Notes: a model not told the origin generated them from the letters alone. A DNA stretch of 64,000 nucleotides from Laetmonice hystrix (GCA_965235115.1 OZ249436.1:30568001-30632000), one strand, 5' to 3'. Positions 12,362-26,760 are shown, counted from the first letter of the stretch. Translations and numbers: made by a program.

Positions 12362-15300
12362 ATGAATCAATATCACAAGGACAAATTAAACCGAACCCGG
12401 AAACGAAAATATGCAAGAAAGGATTTCGTGAACAAGCTTCAAAAGACGAGTGAATATGAAGAAGCGACAAGCAAAGACAAGGTAAGTGCGGGCGTGGTAA
12501 CAATACACTGTCATGACTGTCACTGGTTTGACTAGCCAAAGAATTCGGCTCTGTGCTCTGTACAGAGCCGAAGATCGCTGTTCAGAATTTCCGAGCGTAC
12601 CCGGACAAATCTTCTGTCTGCCATGAAAAGCCCTCCCTTGTCTCTATATGTTGATGAAAAAGTGATGAATAAACTCAAAATAACTTATCTCTCATATCTG
12701 CAAGCTGGAAAAGCACGATGCGACAAAATAAAGACAGTCACATCTCTTGAACCGAGAAATTTCAATGCTCGTTGAGTGCCGCCATTACCGTCGGAGACAC
12801 CCTCCAACGCAGAGCTACTTCCGCTTCGCTTTCGCTTCACACAGTAGTAAGCGAGTCTCTGCGTAGGAGCGTGCGTCGGAGAGATGCATGCTGGGATCAA
12901 AGGCAACATGGCGGCCGGTAAAACGCCGTTAAACGGGTGATCTAGACATGAATTTGACGTTGTACTATTAAAAACACTGCTTCATGACCCCACACACTTA
13001 CTGTCGAGATAAATGGATGCCGGTGAGTTGATCAGTGCAAGCGGTGGTGGTCTGGCCTGGGTGTGGTCTGGCCCGCCAGGAATTTAAGCCATTGCCTGTA
13101 AGCCTTGTTGGCTCGGCACAAGGCTTACTACGTAGGCTATGGTTTGACTTGACTCTTCTTGAGTCTGTACGAGAGTCTGGGAAAGTCGGGGTTGTGTCTG
13201 GCGTTTGTTCGTCACAAGGTGGCGCAGTAGTCACGCCCCGTGCTCCATGTCGTAAGCGATCTCAGAGCGGTGTTTTGTTTTGGTCAGTTTGCCTGAATAC
13301 GATTGTTCTAGTATTATAACTAAGAATAAACAGTCTCTTGCGATGTCAATATGTTATTTAATGTCCAGCGTGAGTCATTGAAACATAATAATAGGCCTAT
13401 AATGAAGGGAGGGCTCTGCCCGACTGGGGTTGGCAGTGGAAGCTAGGCGAGACCAAGAGACGGCCACCCTCGCCGGCAGACCAGGCACTCGGGCGCGAGT
13501 CGCTGTCAGTGTCGGACAGCCGGCAATCAACTCGTATAATTTTTCATATACTCACTGCTCTAGGAATCGTTATGAAACGTACCACCCACAAAGGCTCATA
13601 TAATGTTCTAAAGCTAGGAGCATATATTTTTAAAACCTCAGACCGGTGTAAAATTTTTTAAAAAACGAGTGAATGGATAAATCCTGTGCAACAGCAGCAG
13701 ACCCGACGATGGGATCACCTGCTCACAACCCGCCTGGCATGATATTCCCACGCTCGGTCGCTGCATGCATGTGCCTCCCCCCCCCCCCCCCAATGCTCCG
13801 GCTCTTGATAGATTTTCGGTATGGACCAATCAGCTGCGAGCAAACCGGAAACTGGAACCGTGTAAACGGGCCGCTTATGGGTTCAATGAAACGAACAGCT
13901 TTTGGATACAAACTTGTCCAGACCCTCTGCTCGGGCCGCTGAGGGTCTGGATGATCGAGACTGCTTGAGACGAGACATGAGACGAGTGATGGCCCATTCA
14001 CACCGCAGCCGATACCGACACCGATGTTTTTTTTAAAACACATTATTTCCAGTGGGAGCATTCACACCAAGGCCGATGCCGACGTCGGTGGCCGACACCG
14101 ACGTCGGTGAGGCAAATAGAACTCGTTCTATTTTTTAAACGTCGGCCACCGAGACCAGGAGGTTCACGTGCATCTGGATCGGAGCAATCCCTCACCGATG
14201 CGTAGGACGGCCCCCAGCCGGGCCGGTGTCGGGGACCAGTCGGGATCTACATGTTGGTATCGGTGTTGGGCATCGGTACATCATTCACACTGCAGCCGAG
14301 GTCAGTGTGGACATCGGTGTCCCCCTCGGCATCGGCTGCGGTGTGAATGGGCCATTATGATTGTTATGGGCCTTTCAGTTTCACACCACAGCCGATGCGG
14401 ATACCGATGCCGACGGCGACACCGATGCCCACCCACACCGACCTCGGCTGCAGTGTGAATGATGCACCGATGCCCGACACCGGTGCCACATGTAGATCCC
14501 GACTGGTCGCAGGTCCCTGACACTGGCCCAGCTGGCGGCCGTCCTCTGCGTCGGTGAGGGATTGCTCCGATCCATCTAGTCCAGGACCCGTTTTTTTTGT
14601 TTACTTTTCCACCGTGAGCAAGGGTGAGCTGAGCTGAGCAAGGGTGAGCATGAGCTCATTCTCACCGTTTTTGTGGGGTTTTTTTTGTTGCTTTTTTCTA
14701 TGAGGCATGCTCATGGTGAGCAAGCTCACGGAAAAATACCTCAAAAAACGAAAACAGTGAGCATGAGCTTCTGCTCACCCTTGCTCAGCTCAGCTCACCC
14801 TTGCTCACGGTGGAAAAGTAAACAAAAAAAACGGGCACAGAACCTCCCAGTCTCCAAGAAAATCGGTGGCCGACGTTTGAAAAATAGAACATGTTCTATT
14901 TGCCTTGCAGACGTCAGTGTCGGTCACCGACGTCATCGTCGGTATCGGCCTTGGTGTGAATGCTCCCACTGGAAATAATGTGTTGTAAAAAAATATTGGT
15001 GTCGCCGTCAGTATCGGTGCCAGTATCGGCCTTGGTGTGAATGGGCCATAACTCTTGTGTTAGTACCAGTACTTAGTATTTAAGAGTAAGAAGTTTTAGG
15101 CCCATTCAGTGATTCACACCAAAGCCGAAATAGATACGTCAGTGTATTTTGTTAGATGTTTAGTAGGTGAAATTCTCAGTTTGTTTGGTCAAGTGCAGCG
15201 CAGTCGAAGCGCAGTGACCCAGTTTATCGGGTATAGGCCTATGTGTTTCCGACCAGTCACCTATATAGCATGGACCTGGAACGAATCGCATTAAGCATGT

Positions 15301-18300
15301 CTGTTCAAGTGAGGCAAGCCAGAGAAGCATCCCGTTTCAGGTACTGGTCCAGAGTGATCAATCTAACTTTTATCAGTTACCGGTCAATCGGTGCGCTGCC
15401 GATGGCTCAGGCAACTTGAACTGACTCTACTTGCTAGTAAACAACTGGACCGTGTGGACGTTATATTCGCCCAATAATCATAATCAAGGTCGGAATAGAA
15501 ATTTCAATACCATTGCTTTCTATAAAAATCAATTACATGCTCCGTGGGAAGAAGTTTAGTACCACAACGAAGGCCGCAATGTTGCAGAGCGGTTAGGAGT
15601 TAGGTTAGACATAATCTCTGATTGCATTAATTTCCCTCTCAAATGTCACCAAAATACACAAAATTTTTGCCAGAATTTTGAAATTTTCCTACCAAGGCAG
15701 AGGGGCCCCCACTGCCACCTCATAAGTTTCCATGATTTTAAGATTTTTTTTCTGTTCATGTCTGAATTATGGCCCTAAACTAAAGAACAGCATATCAGTC
15801 TTTTTGGTCGTGTGTATTGGAGTTAAAAATCCACGATCTGGCTGATGTGGCGAAAGTCTAGCTAGAACACTGGGGTCTCATGATACCAATAATTCATCTA
15901 TCATATTTCTTTTTCAGAAACTAAAGCAAAATAGTGAAATAGATGAAGACTACAACCAGAAAGCTAGTTCTGATTCCCTTTGCACGGAATCCCTAGAGGA
16001 AATTAAAGCTCGTGCACATGCCAGAAGAAAAGAAGCTATGGTAAGCTATGAAAAGGAAATAAATGGAGAAATTTAAGAGTGATCTTTTGGAACCAAGTTA
16101 AAAGCAATCAGTTGAGTTAGAAGGTAGAGAGGACTCAGGAGACACTAACAGTGCCATTAAATAATGTAACAGTCTATTATTATTAATTTTATTTATTGAT
16201 GTTTGGTAATCTGTAATTTATGTAACAGGTGGTTATAACTGAGTTTTACCAACTTGCAGCAAAAGCCAAAGTTATTCCTTGAAAACCCAGCTCCAGTTTT
16301 GAAGCAGGCAGGTTACAAGACACCATTGTTTGTGTTTGATCTGCAAACTCTGATAGTCCGTGCACTAAAGGGCAATGAGGCAAGCTTTACACCAAGGTGG
16401 GTCAGGAGATTCTGTTCCAGAAATCCTTGCTAAAATTTTTACAGTTATTAATACACATTAACTCTGATCTTTGTGCTTTACTGTTGTTGATAGTACACTG
16501 GTCAGCTTATCTCCACCCTAGTGTACCTGTGCACTAGCTCAGCCATTCTAGTTGTTTTCCTGCTTATCACTTATACATTATTTTCACATTAATAATATAT
16601 TTGTTTCAAAATATGGCAGCTTCATAATGTATCAGATCTCCCAAAAGAACTGTTCGGATTTTCATGTGATTTAACAGTGATTCTGTCTTGCAGGTTTTGC
16701 AGGTTGCTACGTTGGTCTAAAATTAAACAAGTCTTGGTGATAGTAGCCAAAGGGGTGTCCGAAGATGATTACAGAGAACATGAAGAATGTTTCCCTCAAT
16801 TGAAGGCAGCCTTTGAAATGGTATGCAACCCTGAGTTCATTCATCTCAGGTCATGTTGATTTTAAATAAGATTGGATGAATTTCTTTCATTTAAGCATGC
16901 AAAGACATAATAAAGAATACCATATTGTATTACATTCTAGGAAGTACCAATGATTACACCAGCTCAGTATGGAGAGAGCGTGTTGAAAGAGCTATTCCAG
17001 GTGCCCCTGACCCTCCGTAAGGCCACACCATCCGAAGGTAAATATGTTACCTTGGTCCAGTCCCCTGATCAACCAATACCAAAGTCGAACCATTATTTGG
17101 ATCTTATAATTGGAAAGTGTCAGTGAGGTTATTGTTGAATGCTGCAGGTGATGTCGACCAAAGTCAAGATGATAAATCTTCCACAGTGCCAGAACCTGTG
17201 ACTTTCTGGTTCAAGGAAAGGGAGGGGGGATCTCAACAAAGTAAGCCAGAATTAACAAGGAGAGGGGATTCCTCAAGTCCTGAAGCTACAGGAAGTCCGT
17301 ACAAGTGTGACCCTCAAGAACTGTTACTGAGTATTGAACAATTGGCAAAGGGTGATTACCCACTGCCATGTTTTGAAGGTAGGTAATATGATCTTGCAGG
17401 CTGTTGCACAAAAATAAAAACACAAAATGGCCTGAGAACAAACCATTTGGTATCTAGAATAGGAATTTGTCTGGGGCAGTAACCTGGGGGAGAGCAATGC
17501 AATTTTTTTTTCAAGCTAGTTTTCTGGGGGAATAATTAGGTATCCTTTGAACTCTTTAAAAAGAACTGATTTGCTTTATATCCCTCTTGTATATTTTGTT
17601 CTAGGCATGTATGATGACTTCGTCTTCACAAAAGATGAATATGAGAAAGTGAAAGAAACGAGTCCTTTGTTTGCAATTGATTGTGAAATGGTAAGTATGT
17701 AAATGACTGTCCTTTTTATCACGAATAATACTGATTGTCAGTGAGTAAGCACTGAACTTCAGCCCCACCTCACTATGGCGAAAAGTTCCACTATGTTGAA
17801 TGTTCACTATAATCAGGAAATTCCCTGTCATCAAATTTTGACTTATCAGTATATGTTTATTTGATTTTTTAAAAATTCTACATGTTTTTGTGTTAGTTTC
17901 TTAGTCTTCTAATGTTTTAAAATTACAGTGTGCCACAAGGACAAACCCAATGGCTTTAACCTGGGTGGCTGTCATTGATGAGAAGCTCAATGTAATTTAT
18001 TCTTCACTCGTCAAACCAAAGGAAGGCATCATAGATTACCGAACAAGGTACCTTAAAATCGGATCTGCTCCAAAACATAGAACTGATTGTGCTTCTTACC
18101 ACAGGATCTTTGAATGTTATATATTTTACAATCCATGAACCTGACTCAGAGGCATAGTTAGGCAGCAGGGGCAGAAATGAGAAGAAAATGGTAGTCAAGG
18201 GGGAAAGTGGATGACCTATTTGTATGAGACAAATTAATGAGTTATTCAGAGTATTTGTGGTGATAATATGATTTCAGTTTGTCAGTAATGTCACTTTCAT

Positions 18301-21271
18301 TATTTCCAACCAGATACAGTGGAATTACAGAAGGGATGATGCTAAATGTTGCAACAGGATTAAATGATGTCCAAAATGCGCTTCGGGAATTATTACCTCC
18401 AGATGCTATTCTTTGTGGACACAGCATAAACTCAGATTTGCTTGCATTACAGGTAACTCTCTTTCTTGAAAGGAAAGATCATAATAGGTTTCCTTTTTTA
18501 TGTGGCGAGTGATTATGCATTCACAAACCCTGTGAATTTGTAAATCCACACGCTTGGTAGCAGTGCTAACTGCATGACAATCTAACAATAGATTTCTTGT
18601 TATAAATAGAAAATTGCTTTTTTGAGTGATTTTGACTTAAAAAAAGTATCCCTTTCATTGATATAGGAATCTTAGAGGTAGTAAGTCCAACAGATCAAAA
18701 GAAAGGGCTTCCCAAAACTAACTCTGAAGATTTGTTTATTATTTTATGCTAAAAAAAGTTTTGTTTCTGTCTCATAGATGTTCCATCCATACCTAATTGA
18801 CACCGCCGTCATCTACAATCACAGTGGGAACCGATCCTACAAATTAGGTCTGAAATACCTCACCAAATATTACCTCGGGTATGCTTAATATCCTGTTTCT
18901 CTTTCATTTTTCGTCCTCTGTATTTTTTAAACCAGCAATCTTTGCTTTTTAAGTGAATTAACTATGCCTAAGCAACATGTAATATTATGTTGGTCATATC
19001 AGTGCTGTACATTGAACAGAAAAGCAGAACGACACAATACCAGAGAAACCAGTAATATTAATGATAAACTAAGGAGGGATTTAAACACCAGGATCATAGC
19101 ACCACTGTAATCGTCCTAAAGCATTGAGGTAATGAGAGTATACCTGACAGACCACCAGGTTCAGTCTTCTCAAACCCTTTTTACCTAGTACTCATGTTAA
19201 TTATGCTGCCAATTTTGAAAGGTCTTCATACCTGCCAACCCTTCCACATTCTGCGGAATCTTTCCGCATTTGAATGAGGTATTCCACATTCCGGATTACT
19301 CTCTAAGTATTACGGAATCATAAAATTTACAGAATAAGTATAGATTCCCTCCAAATACATGTTAAATCTCTCGCTCATGGCAGAGTTTCACTGGCAAAAA
19401 GATCGTTTGTGGTCCCTGCCATATCTAGATCTCTAGACTAAGTTTAGTAAATCATAGTTATGCTTTCTGTCAGTAATGGAGAGGAAGAGAGAGAGAGATG
19501 GATAAAAGAAAAGGGCCCATAGAGAGAGTATCAAAAGTCAATTTGGGATGATTCCGGATTCCGTCGACCAAATGTTGGCAGGTATGGGTCTTGTCTGGAA
19601 TCCTAGGTGTGCTTTCCCGCACCAACTTCTTCATTGATCTTCCAGAGAGGATATCCAAGACAACCCATGTGGCCACGATCCAGCCGAGGATGCAACTGCG
19701 ACCATGAAGCTAGTTCAGCATAAGCTCAGACAAGGTCAGTCAAGTCTACATGTAAACAGTGACGAATTCTGTGTTGTCCTATGATTGTAGGATTCATCTG
19801 TTACTTTGAGTCATCATTTTTTTATCAGGACTCTTAATGGCATATTTTTCTGATCTGGGAAGAGAAAGTGCTAGTAAGGGTACCAAGTTTGTTTTCTTTT
19901 CTCCCTAAAACCTTCCTAGATCATCATTTAAATTGCAGCCTGGGGGTTTGTAGTCACTTCTCTGGACAGACTTTGCATTTTTTTTTGGGGGGGGGGGGGG
20001 AACTACAGGGCTGCATATGCACTTCACATACAACTTTGATAGGTAGCATTACTGAAGGCCCCCGGGTAATATTATATTATCATAGAAATGACACCACCAA
20101 CCAACCTCCCTGCCCCCTAAATTGGATGAAAATGAACATCTCTATTCTTTCTTCCCTAGTCTCCAAGCCATTAAAGTATGAACTGAAACTGTGGATAATA
20201 CGAATAAGTATTTTTTTGTGTGACACAGGTGTGGGATACGGCGATGTCTGTATTGGAAACGTGCCTCTTCCGTTTGGAAAACAGAAAGAAGAAAAAGCTG
20301 ATGATTCCAAAGTTGGACTGCAGAAGAGCACGTATTTACGCCCTGGGCTTGACATGTACAACAGTTTATTCAGCATAACAAAGGAAAACCAAAAATCAGG
20401 TATGAATAGTAATAAAGGAATCATTCAAATTTAAACAGATGGTATTGTCTCAGACATACCCGTACCCAAATAAAATGGTCGGAGGTCTCATGTGTTTAGG
20501 TACTTAAGTCTACATACATGGATCTGGAAATATAGGACCCCAACCATGATTAAAATTTCAGTTAAATGTTTTCATATTACTAAAAATTATGAAAGCAGTC
20601 TCATAATCCCCCCCCCCCTTTAAAACCATTGTTTTACTAAAGAGGCCTGACTATTGCATTTCAGTTTTGTTTGTGGACAGAGAGACTGAACTCGAGCCAT
20701 ACAGGTCGCTGGTTGACATTCCGTGTGATTCTGTCCGTGACAAGGACAGTGTCACCAGTGCCTGTAACCAAATGACAGATCATTTCATGACTTTCGTACA
20801 GCTACATGACTTTTGTACCACATCGGAGGACAATCAAAGAAAACAGAAGGTATGCTCACGTGAATTTGTACAATGCCCAAGAAATAACATAAGGAAAAAT
20901 GCTCAAGTGCTACCGAATATAAATAAATTGCAATGAAGTAAGAATTAAATTTACCACTTCAGTTCTATGATTTTAGGTGTGAGGGCATTATTGTCCACAT
21001 GCTTCGAGAGGTGATGTGGTTTGAATGAAATATGCACTACCTGGAAATAATGCTAGCCTTCTAAGAATCTGCATGTTTCAAAGCTACATTTCTTCAACAG
21101 ATCATTTGCAGGATTTGTCTTTTATTTCAGAAACGGCTCTCCAAACTAGACAAACATGTGACAAAACTTGTGTCAGCTGCGAGGACAGACTGTCTTGTCG
21201 TGGTTCTGCTATCAGGCCGCATGGTGTTGGAACGCCCACGTGATGCCTTGTGTTTACTCAAACTAACGTGA
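12362..21271 (+). CDS. REXO5: RNA exonuclease 5-like (NEF-sp/REXO5 family) DEDDh 3'-5' exonuclease, 14 coding exons, ~621 aa
   Basis: Exons 12362-12481, 15918-16040, 16260-16396, 16694-16820, 16941-17037, 17148-17378, 17605-17690, 17929-18047, 18314-18452, 18778-18878, 19646-19734, 20229-20399, 20665-20849, 21131-21271 (1866 nt, in frame). Motifs ExoI SPLFAIDCEM, YRTRYSGIT, ExoII GHSINSDL, HPYLIDT, ExoIII GHDPAEDA. AATAAA at 21485-21490. The first two exons are less certain than the nuclease core. Confidence 0.85.
13990..15048. mobile_element. Two inverted copies of a Harbinger-type MITE (13990-14354; ~14368-15048); the second holds a palindromic insert (14587-14835); REXO5 intron 1
   Basis: TIR TGGCCCATTCACACC / GGTGTGAATGGGCCA with TGA/TTA/TAA flanks; insert TIR CCCGTTTTTTTTGTTTACTTTTCCACCGTGAGCAAGGGTGAG. 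Confidence 0.8.
19227..19586. mobile_element. hAT-like MITE with 6-bp TSD
   Basis: TIR CATACCTGCCAAC / GTTGGCAGGTATG; GGTCTT on both sides. Confidence 0.85.
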
Positions 21272-22739
21272 GACCGGTGGAATTACTAGTTTATACTTCA
21301 AGACAGTTTTCATCAATCAAGGTACAAATATCTAAAGAAGCCTGTATGAGTACTGGCGTAATATAATCTTGATGCCCTGGTCACGTGGGTACCGGGGTAG
21401 TTTCTTCAGCACATTTGTGTGCTAGAATCCTCAGACTGACATTCAGTTACAGAGTACTGTTAAATTTTTGGGGGAAAAAACAGCAATAAAAAGCTAGTCA
21501 CTATGATGGTTTTTAATCATTAATGCTATATGCCCGTTTTTATCAAGTAAAAGGTGCCTGGAAAAGGTTACACTCATGATCATCTCTTGTTGAAATATCT
21601 TATTCAAAAACTCTTTTCATAAGATACTTATGAACAATATTGGAATCAAATTCAAAGGCCAGTTTTTGAAAACACCTTACGCTATGACGTGGTTTTGAGG
21701 TGACATGATCTGGTGAAAGTGGGTCAAATAAAAATGTCAAAAATGTCTTTCAACTCTTGCCATATTTAGTGAAAAAATTCCCTTCGCCCCATGACGTACT
21801 GTGTTTGATAGAGAGAGCTGGCCATCAGTCTGCCATCTCAGTTTCATTCCAATAACTGTATGACACCATTTCAAATAAATTCTAAGTTTGCAATAGTTTT
21901 GCCACCACAACGACGGATACTATTTTGACAAGCAAAGGCTCTAGGAACTACGGGTAAGCTTCCATCAAGTCCTTACTGATTTTTCCTTACGACAAAAATG
22001 TACAACTATGGTTCATAATTATGCCTTTTTTATTTGTCAACAGTTCTCTCACAAATAACAATCCTTGGTAGGACATATATACAATCACATGATCAACACT
22101 TGTCCAAATATATACACATTCAAACTGCAGCAATACCGTTGATTAGCCATTTTAAATGGGTAGGTCCGTACACAAAAGGAAATGTTCACCCTACAATTAA
22201 CCTACACGTCAACTATTTTTTCCTCTTTCTCTCGACATGCATGACAAATAGAAAATATTCTGTGCAGACACCAAAAACAGATCTTGTGTCACTCTTTCAG
22301 AAAATGTATTTTGACTTGAGCAACGTGCGTTTTTGCACTACTGACACAATAAATTTAGATTACTGTACAATGTATGGAACCACGATTTTTTTCCATTTCC
22401 CTTTTGACTTCTAACCTTTTTTTTTATATATATCTTCATACCTGTTTATATGGATGTTTTCACCATGTACACTGCTGTTTATTCTGGCAGTAATCCAAAT
22501 TGGCAATAGAGAGGGCATGTTGTCGGATCACCCAATGGGAAGGTCAGACCTGAAGGGGCAGGGACTTTTTTCTCCATTTCCTGACTTCGTGACCACACTT
22601 CAGTCTGAGGTTAACATCTGCTGGGAAGCAGGGACAAGAGAATGGTGACTGACATTAGGGGGGGGGGGTGACGAGCATGGAATTTCTTTAATAGGGGTTT
22701 CAGGTTTCCGCCATTTTAGTTTTAACATGTATTAATTAA

Positions 22740-23259
22740 AGGGAGTCGTAAAATTCATTTTTTTCGATTTATGGCAGTCTTAGAAACATATGATTCGCAT
22801 ACCTTGGACTCCCAGTAACATCATGTGAGACTGTTATGGCCCAGCGAATAGTATTTAGTAAGCAAAATCTCGCAAATACGTAGCTCAGAATTAGCGAGCG
22901 GCCCACAGGATATTTGAGTTGGCTGCGGCCGGGCGATGATCACGCGTGATCACGTGACTTCCGGGTGTACATGTATGCGGTATTTAGGTCAACGCTCGAC
23001 TAGAGGGAGATTCCCTTCCACACCCGGAAGTCACGTGATCACGCGTGATCATCGCCCGACCATCGACCCTCAAATATCCTGTGGGCCGTTCGCTAATTCT
23101 GAGTTACGTATTTGCGAGAGATTTGGCATATTTTCCTTACTAAATACTGGTCGCTGGGCCATAACAGTCTCACATGATGTTACTGGGAGTCCAAGGTATG
23201 CGAATCATATGTTTCTAAGACTGCCATAAATCGAAAAAAAATGAATTTTACGACTCCCT
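22740..23259. mobile_element. Fold-back MITE with TTAA TSD (Kolobok-like), copy 1
   Basis: ~230-bp arms starting AGGGAGTCGTAAAATTC, ~50-bp spacer; TTAA at 22736-22739 and 23260-23263; second copy at 57356-57887. Confidence 0.92.
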
Positions 23260-26200
23260 TTAACACTGATTTTTATACTTGTGGGGGAGTGTGGCTAACC
23301 CCAATAGAAATGTTGTTTAACAAATAAAATATCCCAGTATAGTTCACTTGGTTGACAGCTCACATTTAAAAGTAATCGATACCGATGGTTCTAAAAGGAG
23401 TAAACATGTAGATATGAGATGCAGAGCGAGGCACAGAGTGACCAGAGAAGGACAGAACAATATGGTTGTACCTCATGTGACAGTGTAAATCGTCTTCGTA
23501 ACAAAAGGAGGAAATACAATAGCCCAAATATAAATTTCCACACAAATAGATGCACCATTACATTTCATGCACTACGTATACACTTTACAAACTTTCAAAG
23601 TTATATGGTACATCTAACTTTTCACCTTTACATTACCAATCCAGTAATTATTTCTCCGAAGTCCACTTTATTCCTTTCGTCCTGCTATGCTCCAAAAACT
23701 ACAGGAAAGGAGTGTCATTTCTACAAAGGAAAAAAATAAGCTGTCACTATTGTGCCAAATTCAGAGTACCGTATTCCATGTTTCTTGAGCAGTTTCCTTC
23801 CTTGTAATTAGACTTCGTTGACACAACATGATACATTCTCCTGCACGCTGCATTAAGTTAAACCTAAATGCAAACTATAGGCCATCTTTTAGGGGGATTC
23901 TAAGTCATTCTTTACAGTGCCGACAGGGGGTATGCCACACCAAGCACTTCTCTTCATGAATATATTCACTTGAGCCTTCACTGATATGGGAATATGTACA
24001 CATGACCACAATAAAACTGACATAAATAGTTGTTTATATGTATAAAAAGCATACGCCCTGTGGTTTGACAGTATACATGTACATGTAATGTAACTTAAAC
24101 ATAAAATTTGCTCTTCTAGCCATCACATATCTATACGACATAATATATGTATAACGAACCTCATATTGAAACTCGGCAGTAAATAAGTACCAGCACATGT
24201 GAGAAAATTGTATCTGCAAATTGTTTCAAAATCTTGAATGGTGTAATTAGTGTAATTTGACAATGTCAACCTCCCAGACCACAGTTCAGGGCACGACTGT
24301 AGAGCTGGTTAGAAACGGTTGTTCTGTTGGTCCTGAGGGCTGTGTTGACATCATTCCCTAATCACAGCGGTAGTCCCTTCATCACGTAAAGTTTACCTTT
24401 CGCCTCAAAAAAAAAAGTCAAACTTTTTTTGGGGCAAACTATTTTGCATAACGTAGACGTATAAACTTCTAAACATTGCATTAAATAAATATGGTTCCAT
24501 CATCATTTATAATCAGTTCGACATAATCTAACCTACCGTAGAATTATTCTGACCCATCTTTGGCAAGAACTCGAAATCTAACGATATTTTTAAAACGATG
24601 CAGGGTGTTACACAGCAGTGGTCACAGACTTCAAGGCAAGGCTACCCTCTGCCTACAACGAGTTACAACATTTCGTCATTTAAATCGGTACATCGCCCAT
24701 GATAACTTAAACCCCATGAAATCTGGTCGAAAGTAACGATCCATCGCCCTGACCTTATCCCTGGCCCCGGCCCCAACTCTTATCAAAAACATATCCCTAT
24801 CCCATACCTTAACCCGAACCCCTGCCCAACAATTTGGTGGGGAAATTACCATGGGGGAATAACCTTTAAATCAGAAACTTGTTAAAGGACCTGTTAAAGT
24901 AAAATAGAAGCCATTGGGCAGTACATTACGACTTTAGTCTGTGAATTATATCCAGAGAAGTAAGTTTGTGAATTTTCATCATGGTAAACATCACATTACC
25001 CATAACCTGACCAATACATCCTGGATCGGGGTCAGTTCTCTCAAATATGACGTGACAGACACTAAAGGGGAAACTTCAGCAACATTTGGTTGACCTGCAA
25101 CCCACCCCTTTCTCCCGACAGGCTGGGCAGTGATCAAATAAACAGAACGACAAGGACATTATTGATCCTATAGAGATAACAGTGCCTTTAAGTTAACAAT
25201 AAATGGGGTGACCTTGGCTTTATAGGGTATAAACATCAATATGGATAGCTTGATATACAGGGGTGTGATCTGGTGAAAAACGCCTGAACTTTTGTGGTGC
25301 AACTTGGGGAGGGTGTGAGAGGGGTGTCCCCTCCCTCAGCGAAAAATGTGACCATTTCATGTTTAAAATGGTGCAATCTGATGCATTTTGGAGGTTTTAT
25401 GTTAATACTGGAATGATTTCCAACCATTTGCTGGCGAGTTTTGACCAATTTGAACAAGTTTTACCCCCACCCCCTACATATGAATTATAAGATCTCAACG
25501 GATTTGCACCAATCACAGAGGGGTAACTTTTTGATATAAAAAAAGCCGGAAATCCGGCAAAACTCGGAAAAATCACAGGCCTGTATAAAGCCATAGAACT
25601 GTCCTGGAATGCTTCCGCTTGGGGCGCTAGTACAGTCTCATGTTTTTGCAGCGCCCCCAACGGTCGGAAGAAACGTAATGTCATCTTCCTTTGCCCAAGT
25701 GTAAACATCGGCAAGGGCGGTCTATTGTGTCCCAGTACAGTTCTATGATAAAGCCGAGTAATGGGGTTATTATAAAGATCTTTGTTTAAGACCATTTTTC
25801 ATGGTTGGAACAATCAGGGATAACAATTCATATCTTTTGGCAATACCGGTACATGTACACTGTACATGCATTTCAGTGCTAACTCCACTGTCTTTCTAAA
25901 ATAAACAATATTATTTTATTTTAATGTTTGCACTGCCCCCAGCACATCTACCTCTTTGAGTAAATATCATTGTTAAAGGACTGATAGAGTTAAAAGAATA
26001 ATTCCTCCTTTGTATTGTACAATGTATTTAACAAAACATTTAATGTCAGCAAAAGTGGCTTAAGTTAACAGCGGAGGGGTAAGAAAGAATGTGGCAAAAA
26101 TGCTTGAGCCTGGAACAGGCAATCTTCGACGTTGATTAAATCTACTTTCATTAAAACCTATTGCTAACCTGTCTTGTTGGGCACTCAGGAAAAGGACTAG

Positions 26201-26403
26201 ACTAGTAAGACTGAATAAGACGTGCCTGGACGGAGAGTAGCACATGTTTCCGCCAGCCTCAATTGTTCATTGTTACACAAATCCATGGCCAAAGAGCCCT
26301 TAAGTCCAGTGCGAGTGATAGCAATGATGATGACTTACTATGGGACTTGTTATAAATATGCTTGAGCCACACTTTTATCCTTAATAGTTTGAAGTGGTCC
26401 ACT

Positions 26404-26760
26404 TAAAGGAATCAGGTCCCGAAATTCAGGTTAATGCAGTCGATTCACAAATGAATCGAATTGAAAGGATGCCCCTAATGTTTCTTTTTCAGCGTCAATA
26501 TCGACGTTAAATATACAATAATAAAAGTACAGTATAGTAATAAAAGTATAGTAGCATGGCTGCCACTGGCCAGACCATACATGGAACTTGACCTGAACTC
26601 GGGGTCAAATATTTTAATTACCGTGAACATGCATGTGCACCCCGCGCTGCAGGTACGCGACCCATGCTTTAGGCTGTTTGAGGTGGTTGGAGGCGATCTG
26701 CAGTTGTAATGGCCAGTATAGTTACGAACCTCCACGCTAACAATGCAGATCTAGAATTCA
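26404..26760. repeat. Interspersed repeat fragment (possibly TTAA-AGG Kolobok-like), with a homologous inverted fragment at ~63700-63840
   Basis: atggaacttgacctgaactcggggtcaaatattttaattaccgtgaaca matches the reverse complement of 63707-63760; boundaries approximate. Confidence 0.6.

Noticed and set aside
14168..14978. Arg/His/Cys-rich ORFs in REXO5 intron 1
   Set aside because: They derive from the CCGA/TCGG-rich bodies of the MITEs.
19868..20434. 188-aa single-exon gene (longest ORF in the track)
   Set aside because: Only 20229-20399 is a REXO5 exon; the rest is intron read-through.
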